A stretch of 64,000 bases of DNA from contig JBDHZC010000001.1 in assembly GCA_039811685.1 (NCBI GenBank), forward strand, positions 320,001 through 384,000, in the 5' to 3' direction. The notes below the pieces were generated by a model. It made no database searches and was not told the DNA's origin. It saw nothing but the letters and a program-made list of their open reading frames with translations. Both the position numbers and the translations under genes were made by a program. Positions 40,886 to 49,668 of the stretch are shown here, piece by piece. Positions within the stretch are counted from its first letter, which is position 1. Each line of letters starts with the position of its first letter. Origin of the DNA: Armatimonadota bacterium (GTDB taxonomy: Bacteria > Armatimonadota > UBA5829 > DSUL01).

Positions 40886-41853
40886 GGCTGTTCGAGCACC
40901 CGGACTTTGCCGATATCGTCGAGGCTGCGACACAGGAGCTTCGCGCCTCGCGGTGGCCCCGCATCAGCGCCGCCATCGTGGAGAAGGACTACTACGTCAC
41001 TGAGGTGCTGCGTATCTGTGCGTTGCACCAGGGCGACCGTGTCCTGCTAAAGGGCGGCACCAGCCTGTCGAAGGGCTGGGGTCTGATCCAACGATTCTCG
41101 GAAGACGTGGACCTGGCGGTCATTGCCAGCCGATTCACCCCTCCGCTCAGCAGGGGAAAGACGAAAGCTGCGCTGAGGGCGCTGGCGGAGCGGGTGTCCG
41201 GCCACCCGGCGCTGACGTGCCTCGCGGACAGGGCGGGGGCGGACAGCGATTTCTTCCGTGACGATCGGTTTGGCTACACAAGCTCGGCATCGGGGCTCCC
41301 CGGCGTGTCCCCGACGGTGTTGCTGGAAGCCGGTTCCCGCAGCGGCCACTTCCCGGTCGAGACATGCATGCTCTCCTCAATGGTGGGCGACTCCCTGCGG
41401 TCGCGGGACCTTGAGGGCCTTGCCGAAGACACGGAGCCGTTTCCGATGCAGCTGCTGCACTACCGCCGCACGTTTCTGGAGAAGCTGTATGCGCTGCACC
41501 ACAAGGTTGAGAGCATCCTGCTTGAAGGGAGCCATATTGGGGCGTATGCCCGGCACTACTACGACGTGGCTGCGCTGGCCGGAACGGGCGAAGTCCGCGA
41601 CATGCTTGCCGGTCAGGAGGCGGCAGCCATTCGCGCCGACTACGACGCCAACTGCAGGAAGCACTTCAAGCATCAGATACTTCCGCCGCATATGAGGCTG
41701 CGCGAAAGCCGCGCCCTGTTCCCGCCAGCGGAAGTGCGCCAGATGCTCACGAAAGACTACGAGGAGCAATGCAGCGTGCTCTGCTTCACGGACACGTGGC
41801 CGACCTTCGACGAGGTGCTGGGGGTGTTCGAAGAACTGAGGGATCTGCTGTGA
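40882..41853 (+). CDS. abiEii: Type IV TA toxin, AbiEii/AbiGii nucleotidyltransferase
   Basis: VEKDYYV, LKGGTSLSKG, RFSEDVD, RTFLEK, RHYYD; ATGA overlap with abiEi. Confidence 0.9.
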   Translation: MRLFEHPDFADIVEAATQELRASRWPRISAAIVEKDYYVTEVLRICALHQGDRVLLKGGTSLSKGWGLIQRFSEDVDLAVIASRFTPPLSRGKTKAALRALAERVSGHPALTCLADRAGADSDFFRDDRFGYTSSASGLPGVSPTVLLEAGSRSGHFPVETCMLSSMVGDSLRSRDLEGLAEDTEPFPMQLLHYRRTFLEKLYALHHKVESILLEGSHIGAYARHYYDVAALAGTGEVRDMLAGQEAAAIRADYDANCRKHFKHQILPPHMRLRESRALFPPAEVRQMLTKDYEEQCSVLCFTDTWPTFDEVLGVFEELRDLL

Positions 41854-42038
41854 GGACTGCCATTACAAAAAAAAGCCCTGACCGGGCGCCGCTGGCCGAG
41901 CGGCTGAAGTTGGCGCTGGAGGAGGGCATCGAGTACGCCCGGGGCGAGACGGACCTGGTCTCCACGCCTGTGCCCGCGCCTGACACGCACGCGTCTCGAC
42001 GCTCCGTACGCGCCAACCATATAAGGAATCCGAAATGA
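41850..42038 (+). CDS. 62-aa ORF resembling the N-terminus of HigA/Xre antitoxins, HTH absent
   Basis: GTG overlaps the abiEii TGA; LAERLKLALEEGIEYARGE; its TGA overlaps the next ATG. Confidence 0.5.
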   Translation: MRTAITKKSPDRAPLAERLKLALEEGIEYARGETDLVSTPVPAPDTHASRRSVRANHIRNPK

Positions 42039-43567
42039 GTGAAACCCCACCCACCGCCCTTCTCCTCAACCAGCTCGCCCAGATCAAGAACCCGGACGCA
42101 AGGATCGTGCTTCACTGCCAAGAGGGGGTCCTTCTGGCGCGCTATGGAGTTGCTCTCAACGGAATGCACGGTGGGGACTCGGCGCGTTTTCGATTCAACT
42201 GGTGGGAAGTCGCGACGAGGCGCAGTTGGCGTCTGCTTCAGAACACGGTGGAGACAGCGGTGCCCTATGGCGGACGCGTCCAGTGTTTCGAGTGGTCAGA
42301 TAACGGGGAAGCGCACACGCGGAATCCGCAGGCGCGGATTCAGGGCCAATTCGGCTGGGGTAAGCCCGGAGTCGCTGTAAGTATGATGCGGACGTTGCCG
42401 TGCACGCTCTACACAGGAGAAGGGTTCGACATCAGTTGTTCTCCCATCATCCCCCACGACCCGGCCCATCTGCCGGCTATCTGGTGCTTCTGCTCGTCAC
42501 CGGAGTACAACAAAGCCGTCCGCGCCATCGACCAGAAGCTGAACGTAACCAACGCCACTCTGGTAAAGGTTCCGTTCGATCTGGAACGATGGCAGAAGGT
42601 GGCCGAAGAGCGCTATCCAAATGGCCTCCCGGAGCCTTACTCAGATGACCCGACGCAGTGGCTCTTTCACGGTCACCCCTGCGGCAGCGTAGTGTGGGAC
42701 GAAGATGCGAAGTGGACGGCCCATGGCCCGCTGCGCACAGACGCGACGGTGCTGCAGGTGGCCGTCGCCCGCCTGCTGGGCTACCGCTGGCCGGCGGAAC
42801 AGGACCCGGAAATGCGCCTAGCCCAGGAGCAACGGCAGTGGGTGCAGCGCTGCGAGGAGCTAAACGACTTCGCAGACTCCGACGGCATTGTCTGCCTGCC
42901 ACCCGTCAGAGGCGAGCTCCGCGCCGCGGACCGGTTGCAGTCTCTTCTGGCAGCCGCCTATGGGCAGAGCTGGGGACTCAGCCTGCAGGACAGCCTTTTG
43001 ACCTCCGCCGGCGCCTCCGGCAAGGAACTGCACGCCTGGCTGCGGGACGACTTCTTCAAGGCGCACTGCGCCCTGTTCCAGAACCGCCCGTTCATCTGGC
43101 ACATCTGGGACGGGCTGCGGGACGGCTTCTCCGCCCTCGTCAACTATCACCGCCTGGACCGCGCGAAGCTGGAAAAACTGGCCTATACCTACCTGGGCGA
43201 CTGGATCTCCCGAACGCAGGAGCAGGCCGGGCAGGGCACGCCCGGCGCGGAGAAACGGCTCATCGCGGCAAGGGCGCTGCAGCAGAAGCTGCGGGATATC
43301 CTGGTCGGCGAGAAGCCGTACGACATCTACGTGCGCTGGAAGACGCTGGCGCAGCAGCCCATGGGCTGGCAGCCGGACCTGAACGACGGCGTGCGCCTGA
43401 ACATCCGGCCGTTCATGACCGCGGACATCCTGCGCGCCCGCCCGAATATCAGGTGGCAGAAGGACCGGGGCACGGACCCGGCGCCCAACTGCTCCGGCGC
43501 CACCGAGCGCCTGAACGACCTGCACTTCTCGCTGGAGGAGAAACGGAATGCTGGAAACCCAGGGTGA
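42035..43567 (+). CDS. pglX: PglX C-terminal half (target-recognition and C-terminal domains, 510 aa)
   Basis: QIKNPDARI, VTNATLVKVPFD, DPTQWLFHG, NRPFIWHIWDG, LVNYHRLD, GWQPDLNDGVRLNIRPF; own ATG with AAGGA upstream. Confidence 0.85.
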   Translation: MSETPPTALLLNQLAQIKNPDARIVLHCQEGVLLARYGVALNGMHGGDSARFRFNWWEVATRRSWRLLQNTVETAVPYGGRVQCFEWSDNGEAHTRNPQARIQGQFGWGKPGVAVSMMRTLPCTLYTGEGFDISCSPIIPHDPAHLPAIWCFCSSPEYNKAVRAIDQKLNVTNATLVKVPFDLERWQKVAEERYPNGLPEPYSDDPTQWLFHGHPCGSVVWDEDAKWTAHGPLRTDATVLQVAVARLLGYRWPAEQDPEMRLAQEQRQWVQRCEELNDFADSDGIVCLPPVRGELRAADRLQSLLAAAYGQSWGLSLQDSLLTSAGASGKELHAWLRDDFFKAHCALFQNRPFIWHIWDGLRDGFSALVNYHRLDRAKLEKLAYTYLGDWISRTQEQAGQGTPGAEKRLIAARALQQKLRDILVGEKPYDIYVRWKTLAQQPMGWQPDLNDGVRLNIRPFMTADILRARPNIRWQKDRGTDPAPNCSGATERLNDLHFSLEEKRNAGNPG

Positions 43568-43577
43568 TCTTTCCTAT

Positions 43578-43597
43578 TATTATCATATATGATAATA
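43578..43597. promoter_or_regulatory. 20-bp perfect palindrome, putative TA operator
   Basis: TATTATCATATATGATAATA in the 61-bp gap upstream of the toxin gene. Confidence 0.7.
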
Positions 43598-43628
43598 TAG
43601 AGGCAGTGGTTACACCGGAGCGGTCCAG

Positions 43629-43958
43629 ATGACTTACGAGGTTCGCGAGTTTCTGACGCCGGAGGGGAAGAGCCCCTTTCGGAAATGGCTGAATCGGCTG
43701 GACCTTCGGACGCGAGCGCGAATACAGGCCCGGGTGCTGCGATTCGAGCAAGGGAACCTTGGCGATGTTAGGCCCGTCGGCGGCGGAGTCTCCGAGGCGC
43801 GCGTCGATTTCGGTCCTGGCTATCGGATCTACTTCGGTGTGGATGGTGGCATGCTCGTGATTCTGCTTGTCGGAGGAGACAAGTCAACACAACGTAACGA
43901 CATATCGAAGGCTAAGGGTTACTGGGCGGAATACGGGAGATCAGTGGACAATGGGTAG
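43629..43958 (+). CDS. Type II TA toxin, RelE/HigB-like (addiction module killer)
   Basis: PFRKWL..L, RFEQGNLGD, VSEARVDFGPGYRIYF, GGDKSTQ..DI. Confidence 0.9.
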   Translation: MTYEVREFLTPEGKSPFRKWLNRLDLRTRARIQARVLRFEQGNLGDVRPVGGGVSEARVDFGPGYRIYFGVDGGMLVILLVGGDKSTQRNDISKAKGYWAEYGRSVDNG

Positions 43959-44262
43959 AAGAAGCAGGGACTGGAACGAGGGACTGGCCGAGGACCTGAG
44001 AGACAGGCAATTCGCCGGCGAGTTTGTGCGCGCGGCGATCGAGGAGGGGGCCTCGGTGCAGGCCGCCCTGGGCAAAGTGGTTCGTGCGTACGGCCTCACG
44101 GAGTATGCATCGCTTGCCGGCATGGCCGCACCCAATGTCTCACGCGCCATCAATCCGCGTCACAATCCTACGCTGGACACGCTCAACAGGCTTCTGGCCC
44201 CCATCCACCTGCGCCTGAGCGTGGAGTCCGTTGCTGCCGACGGTACGTCCAGGGCGGCTTGA
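43951..44262 (+). CDS. Type II TA antitoxin, HigA-like HTH
   Basis: ALGKVVRAYG..A..AGM..NVSRAINP.HNPTLDTL; toxin-first gene order. Confidence 0.85.
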   Translation: MGRRSRDWNEGLAEDLRDRQFAGEFVRAAIEEGASVQAALGKVVRAYGLTEYASLAGMAAPNVSRAINPRHNPTLDTLNRLLAPIHLRLSVESVAADGTSRAA

Positions 44263-46577
44263 TGCCCACCGTACTGGACGCCCTTGCCCGCTCGCTGGCC
44301 GCTGCCGCGGACTACAACCCCAACGACGTCGTAGCCCCTGTCGCCGTGCTGTGGCCGGACGGCTCAGGGGAATGGCGGCGGGTGGCCCCGCTGCTCGCGG
44401 CGCATCTCCCGGTGCTGACGCTCGGCGACTTCGACCCGGAGCGCAACACGGGGCCGTCCGTCTGGATACGCGCCATGCTCGCCGGCGCGCTGGAAACAAG
44501 GCTGCCCGAGGGCCAGACGCCCGTTGTCTACCTGCCCGGAGTCTCCCGCGCGGAGCTGCGCGCGGTGGATGAGTGCCCGGACCATCTGAAACCCCTGGCG
44601 GAACTGCAGTTCCGCGGCGCCTTCTTCAGCCAGGTAAGCCACCGCGACTGGACTCTGACGGCCTTCCTTCAGTCGGAGAACGGGGGCCTGGGCATACAGG
44701 TCGCCGGGGGCCAGGCCACGCTGGCGGCTCTACGCAATGCCGCAGAGGTCGTTGTGCAGGAGCCGGTGGAGGCCGTTCGTGCCAGGGCGCCGCTCACCGC
44801 CGCATACTTCAATGAACTGCTTGCCCCCGATCTGAATCGGCAGATGCTGAAGTGGTTGAATGACCCTGAGAGCGAGCGGAAGCGTATGGGCACGCAAGTC
44901 TGGAAGGCTTTCCGTCACAACTGCCTGCAGTCTCTGCATTTCGACCCGGAGTTGGATAGCGCCCTCTCGGCGGCGGAGCGCCTGGGTGCGGCTGGCGATG
45001 GCTGGCAGGCTGTGTGGACGCGCTTTCGGGAATCTCCGGCTTCGTATCCCGCCCTGCCAGACCTGCTGCGCCGAGCTAAGCCGGCAGCTACTGGAAACCT
45101 TTTCGATCAGGTGGGGGAGTGCTGGCCACAGGATAACGAGTCCGAGGAGAACGCCCTCCGGAAAGGCCTTACAGATATCGGTGGCCTGATGCCGTCGCAG
45201 CTTGCTCATCGACTTCTCGAACTGGAACAGCACCACGGCCCACGGCGCGAATGGGTCTGGGCCGAACTGGGCGGATGTCGGTTGGCACAATCACTCGGGT
45301 ATCTGGTCGAGGCCTTACAGCTCAGCCAGCAAGCGATGCCAGAAGGAGATCTGGAGGCTCAGGCTCGGACGTACGCCGAGTCGGGATACCGGGTTGACCT
45401 GGCAGTACTCCGAGCGCTCGCATGCGTGCAGGAGGGTGGGGACGGGGTGGCGGTCTCGTCGGCGTTGCAGAGCATCTACCGCCCGTGGCTTGAGTCGTGC
45501 TGCGAGTCCTTCCAGAACGCCTGGACTGCGGCAACACACACTCAAAGCCCCTCGGCCTGCGAACCGGCCGAGGGGCGGGTGTACGTCTTCGTAGACGGCC
45601 TCCGGATGGATGCTGCGCAGATTCTTATTGACATTCTGGGCTCGCCGACAACCGACTGCAAGATAGATTTCCGTCTGGCGCCCGTACCCACCGTCACGGC
45701 CACGGCGAAACCGGTAGCGGCGGGCCTGACAGAGAGTCTTGGCCCCGGCCCTGGCTTCTCACCTTCGGCCGGTGGGGAGACGCCACTGTCGGCGGAGCGT
45801 TTTCGCCAGCTTGTGTCGCAGCGTGGCATGCAGGTGCTCTCCGGCGATGAGACGGGCGATCCACAGGGGTGCGCCTGGACGGAGTGCGGCCGGGTCGACG
45901 AGATCGGGCACTTGGACGGCTGGCGCATTGCACACCGGCTTCAACAGGAGTTGGAGCCAGTATGTGACCGCATCACCCAACTTCTGACTGCCGGATGGCG
46001 TGATGTGCGAGTGGTCACCGACCACGGCTGGCTCCTTCTGCCGGGTGGCCTTCCCACTGCACACCTGCCCGAACCGGCGACAGAGCTTCGCAAGGGGCGC
46101 TGTGCACGCCTGAAGCCCGATGCTACAGTGGGTGCATTGGAGCAACCGTGGGACTGGGATCGCTCAGTGCGCATTGCTATCGCGCCCGCCATCACCTGCT
46201 TTGTAAGCGGCAAAGAGTATGAGCACGGCGGCATCAGCCCGCAGGAGTGCGTTCTACCAGAGATCACAGTCCGGCCCACGGTACCGGCCGTCTCTGTATC
46301 GTTCGAAAATGTGAAATGGGCTGGCCTGCGCTGCCGCGTTCAGACCGCCGGTTCATGCGCCGGCTTGCTGGTGGACGTTCGCACCAAGGCGTCTGACCCA
46401 ACCTCCTCGGTCACAGCCGGACCCAAAGCGCTGGACGCTGAGGGGTCAGCGTCTTTGATCTGCGCAGACGCCTCGCGCGAGGGGGAGGCGGCATTCGTAT
46501 GCGTCTTTGCGCAGGCCAGTCCCGCGTCTGTCATCCTCCAGCAACACACCACCATTGGATGGCGCGGAGAGGATTGA
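44262..46577 (+). CDS. pglZ: BREX alkaline-phosphatase-fold protein PglZ
   Basis: VFVDGLRMD, PTVTATAK, VVTDHGW, EHGGISPQE; ATG overlaps the antitoxin TGA. Confidence 0.9.
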   Translation: MPTVLDALARSLAAAADYNPNDVVAPVAVLWPDGSGEWRRVAPLLAAHLPVLTLGDFDPERNTGPSVWIRAMLAGALETRLPEGQTPVVYLPGVSRAELRAVDECPDHLKPLAELQFRGAFFSQVSHRDWTLTAFLQSENGGLGIQVAGGQATLAALRNAAEVVVQEPVEAVRARAPLTAAYFNELLAPDLNRQMLKWLNDPESERKRMGTQVWKAFRHNCLQSLHFDPELDSALSAAERLGAAGDGWQAVWTRFRESPASYPALPDLLRRAKPAATGNLFDQVGECWPQDNESEENALRKGLTDIGGLMPSQLAHRLLELEQHHGPRREWVWAELGGCRLAQSLGYLVEALQLSQQAMPEGDLEAQARTYAESGYRVDLAVLRALACVQEGGDGVAVSSALQSIYRPWLESCCESFQNAWTAATHTQSPSACEPAEGRVYVFVDGLRMDAAQILIDILGSPTTDCKIDFRLAPVPTVTATAKPVAAGLTESLGPGPGFSPSAGGETPLSAERFRQLVSQRGMQVLSGDETGDPQGCAWTECGRVDEIGHLDGWRIAHRLQQELEPVCDRITQLLTAGWRDVRVVTDHGWLLLPGGLPTAHLPEPATELRKGRCARLKPDATVGALEQPWDWDRSVRIAIAPAITCFVSGKEYEHGGISPQECVLPEITVRPTVPAVSVSFENVKWAGLRCRVQTAGSCAGLLVDVRTKASDPTSSVTAGPKALDAEGSASLICADASREGEAAFVCVFAQASPASVILQQHTTIGWRGED

Positions 46578-46619
46578 TGCAGCGGCAGACAACTGCTGCG
46601 AGAGGAAACAGGTAGAGCT

Positions 46620-48674
46620 ATGCCACCCAATACCCTGGACAATATCGACTTGCTTGCAGCTCGTGCCTTTGATGGCCTTATCGTTCGCAAAGACCTTGCT
46701 CGGCGGTTCAAGGGGCAGTATGCAGTGCCGACCTATGTCGGTGAGTTCCTGCTGGGACGCTACTGCGCTACCACGGACGAACTTGAAATTGAAGAAGGGC
46801 TGCAGATTGTGCAGCGCCAGCTTCGGGAACGGACCGTCAGAGCCGGCGAGGAAGAGTTCTTCAAATCCAGCGCCCGCGAGCACGGGACGGTCAAGATCAT
46901 CGACCACATCACCGCGCGTCTGGACGAGAAATCGGACAGCTACGTCGCCATAGTCCCCAGCCTGCGTATCAACGACGTGCGGATTTCTCCGCAGCAGGTG
47001 TCGGATCACGAACGTCTGCTGACCGGCGGATTTTACGCCGATCTGGAGATCGAATATGACGCGGCGATCGCGCAGGAGAAGCACGGACGGCCGTTCGGTA
47101 TAGTGAATCTGCGGCCCATTCAGCTCAGCAAACGCGAGGTTCTCAGCGACCTGGTGCGCGGTCGGGAGATGTTCACGACAGGGGAGTGGAAGCAGTTTCT
47201 GATCCGTAGCATCGGACTGGAACCGACGGCCTTGAAGACTCGCGAACAGGATATGGTGCTCCTTCGTATGGTGCCGTTTGCCGAGCGCAACTACAACTTT
47301 GTGGAACTGGGACCCCGTGGCACTGGCAAGAGCCATCTGTTCCAGCAGATCAGCCCGTATGCGCATCTAGTCAGCGGCGGCAAGGCTACTGTTGCTCGTA
47401 TGTTCGTGAACAACGCGAACGGCCAGCGCGGCCTGGTCTGCCAGTATGACGTAGTTTGTTTCGATGAAGTCTCTGGCATCAGCTTCGACCAGAAAGATGG
47501 CGTAAATATCATGAAGGGCTACATGGCGAGCGGAGAATTCAGCCGAGGGAAAGAGAGCATACGGGCTGAGGGTAGCATCGCGATCGTGGGCAACTTTGAT
47601 GTGGACGTGGAGCACCAGCAGCGCATAGGTCATCTCTTTGGGCCGCTTCCACCAGAAATGCGCAACGATACCGCGTTCATGGACCGCATCCACTCGTACA
47701 TTGCGGGCTGGGATATTCCAAAGATGGAATCAGCGTTGTACACCAACCATTTTGGTCTTGTCAGCGACTTTTTGAGTGAGTGCTGGTCGCGTCTGAGAGC
47801 CTATAGCCACGCTGGTGTGCTGATGGGCCGTGTGGACTTTGGCGTGGCTCTGAGCGGTCGAGATACAGAGGCTGTCACGAAGACAATGAGCGGGCTTCTG
47901 AAGCTGCTGTACCCGTCAGCCGACGCAGATATCCCGGCCGAAGACCTTAGCTGGGCGCTCAGGCTAGCGCTAGAGAGCCGTCGTCGGGTGAAAGAGCAGC
48001 AGAAGAGAATTGGCTCGGCAGAGTTCAGAAATACTATGTTCAGCTTCCGGCTGGGCGTCGATGGAATGGAACAATATGTGTCCACGCCCGAATTGCAGTC
48101 GTCGTCCACCGTCGGCACAGATCCTTTGCCACCGGGCCACATATGGGGCATCAGCCCGTCTGGCCAAACTGAGGGAAGCGGACTGTATCGGATTGAGGTG
48201 AACGAAACCGCTGGCTCCGGCTACAAGCTTGCGAACGTAACGCCCCCCGGGCCCCTGAAGGAGAGCACGACTGCCGCCTACCAGAACCTCGTCGCACAGA
48301 ACCAAGCACTTGTAGGTGACCGTGACGCGCGGCAGCGCGAACTGACAGTGCAAATTCGGGCGATGGATGCGTCCGGGTCGGGCAGCCAGTTAGGCATCCC
48401 GATCCTCCTGGCTTTCTGCGGCGCAATCCTGGGTAAGAGTCTGAGAGGTGGCCTAGTGGCTGCCGGCGGAGTCACCATCGGCGGCTCTCTCGAGCCCATC
48501 CATAACGCCATCGATATCGCAGAGCTGGCGGCAGAGAAGGGCGCCCAGATGCTGCTTGCGCCTGTCTCTTGCCGGAGGCAGCTGAACGACCTTTCCGACG
48601 ATCTTGCGGCCAGGCTCACGATTCTCTACTACACAGACGTACGTGACGCCCTGTTGAAGTCGCTGGTGGACTAG
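46620..48674 (+). CDS. brxL: BREX Lon-related AAA+ protein BrxL
   Basis: VPTYVGEFLLG, Walker A ELGPRGTGKSH, Walker B VVCFDE, MKGYMASG; C-terminal Lon-like domain without a canonical DGPSAG motif. Confidence 0.9.
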   Translation: MPPNTLDNIDLLAARAFDGLIVRKDLARRFKGQYAVPTYVGEFLLGRYCATTDELEIEEGLQIVQRQLRERTVRAGEEEFFKSSAREHGTVKIIDHITARLDEKSDSYVAIVPSLRINDVRISPQQVSDHERLLTGGFYADLEIEYDAAIAQEKHGRPFGIVNLRPIQLSKREVLSDLVRGREMFTTGEWKQFLIRSIGLEPTALKTREQDMVLLRMVPFAERNYNFVELGPRGTGKSHLFQQISPYAHLVSGGKATVARMFVNNANGQRGLVCQYDVVCFDEVSGISFDQKDGVNIMKGYMASGEFSRGKESIRAEGSIAIVGNFDVDVEHQQRIGHLFGPLPPEMRNDTAFMDRIHSYIAGWDIPKMESALYTNHFGLVSDFLSECWSRLRAYSHAGVLMGRVDFGVALSGRDTEAVTKTMSGLLKLLYPSADADIPAEDLSWALRLALESRRRVKEQQKRIGSAEFRNTMFSFRLGVDGMEQYVSTPELQSSSTVGTDPLPPGHIWGISPSGQTEGSGLYRIEVNETAGSGYKLANVTPPGPLKESTTAAYQNLVAQNQALVGDRDARQRELTVQIRAMDASGSGSQLGIPILLAFCGAILGKSLRGGLVAAGGVTIGGSLEPIHNAIDIAELAAEKGAQMLLAPVSCRRQLNDLSDDLAARLTILYYTDVRDALLKSLVD

Positions 48675-48992
48675 CGTCCCTTATCTGCACCCGAAGTCAA
48701 ATCAGCGCTCCCGTTGTTCGCCGCCTCCCAACAGATAATCCTGGAGGTACACATGGCCATTCCGTAGCCGGCAGGGGAGACACAGCATAGTTTTCCACGT
48801 GACCGATAAGATATATTATGTTAACTCACTATCCAAAGGCTAGTGACGACGCATCTCTGGCGCGGTTTGAGGGACTGACCAGGCACACAATCATCGTCGT
48901 GGACGTGGGGGCTTATACTACTTGAGTGATATGGCCACGTGAATTTGGCGAAAGCGGAGAAAGAACTCAGCGCCTGCGGCCCAAAACGCCGT

Positions 48993-49595
48993 CTAACTCT
49001 CAGGAGGTTCGAAATCTTCGCACGGACGCCCGGCTTCCTCCAGCACGGCCTCAACTACATACACCGGGCATCTGGAGCGGACGGCGAGCGCAATAGCGTC
49101 GCTGGGTCGAGCGTCTATGGATATAGCGCTGCCATTATGCGTTAGCCAGACTTTTGCGTAGAAGGTTTCGCCCCAGAGGTCATCCACGACGATGCGCTCT
49201 ACGGTGGCTCCCAGGCGTTCGGTGACGTTGCGCAACAGATCGTGCGTCAGGGGTCTTTCGGCGGCGAGGTTCTCCAGGCCAGTGGAGATCGCAAAAGCCT
49301 CAAAGCGGCCTATCCAGATGATGACGCACCGCCCGCGATTGTCGCGCAACAGGACAAACGGGCTGCCAATTGTCGCAGTCTCGTCGCTCTGTTCAAAGAC
49401 ACCCACGACATGGACTTCCCGCTCTTCGAGATTGCGCGGCTCGACAGGCTCTTCGTTTACGGCGTCTGGTTCGAAAGACTCATTGTCAGATAGCTCATCA
49501 GAGGGACTGCGGGCCTCAGGAGTGGACTCGTCACTGCCCGGCGACTCGTCATCGCGAGGGTCGTGTCCTTCTTTATGCTCTTCTGGTTCAGTCAC
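48993..49595 (-). CDS. Bifunctional nuclease family protein (DUF151)
   Basis: IWIG.FEA.AI, RPLTHDL, IDARPSDAIALA; GTG 49595 follows AGGAAG. Confidence 0.88.
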   Translation of the reverse strand: MTEPEEHKEGHDPRDDESPGSDESTPEARSPSDELSDNESFEPDAVNEEPVEPRNLEEREVHVVGVFEQSDETATIGSPFVLLRDNRGRCVIIWIGRFEAFAISTGLENLAAERPLTHDLLRNVTERLGATVERIVVDDLWGETFYAKVWLTHNGSAISIDARPSDAIALAVRSRCPVYVVEAVLEEAGRPCEDFEPPES

Positions 49596-49668
49596 TATCC
49601 ACTTCCTATTTCCGGTCAGTTGACGCAGGTGTCGCGCCGCTCCGGAGTGACTCCTTGTAGTCGATCCG

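Noticed and set aside
40103..42035. pglX split as a sequencing frameshift
   Set aside because: The halves are separated by 1.9 kb encoding intact, coupled genes, so this is not a single-base error. A misassembly still needs a read check.
42658..43632. 324-aa alternative-frame ORF and similar long ORFs across the BREX locus
   Set aside because: Ala/Arg/Gly/Pro-rich off-frame ORFs expected in high-GC coding DNA.
48743..48767. GGAGG plus ATG giving MAIP*, reminiscent of an Mrr N-terminus after brxL
   Set aside because: Only four codons, and the downstream frame shows no Mrr similarity.
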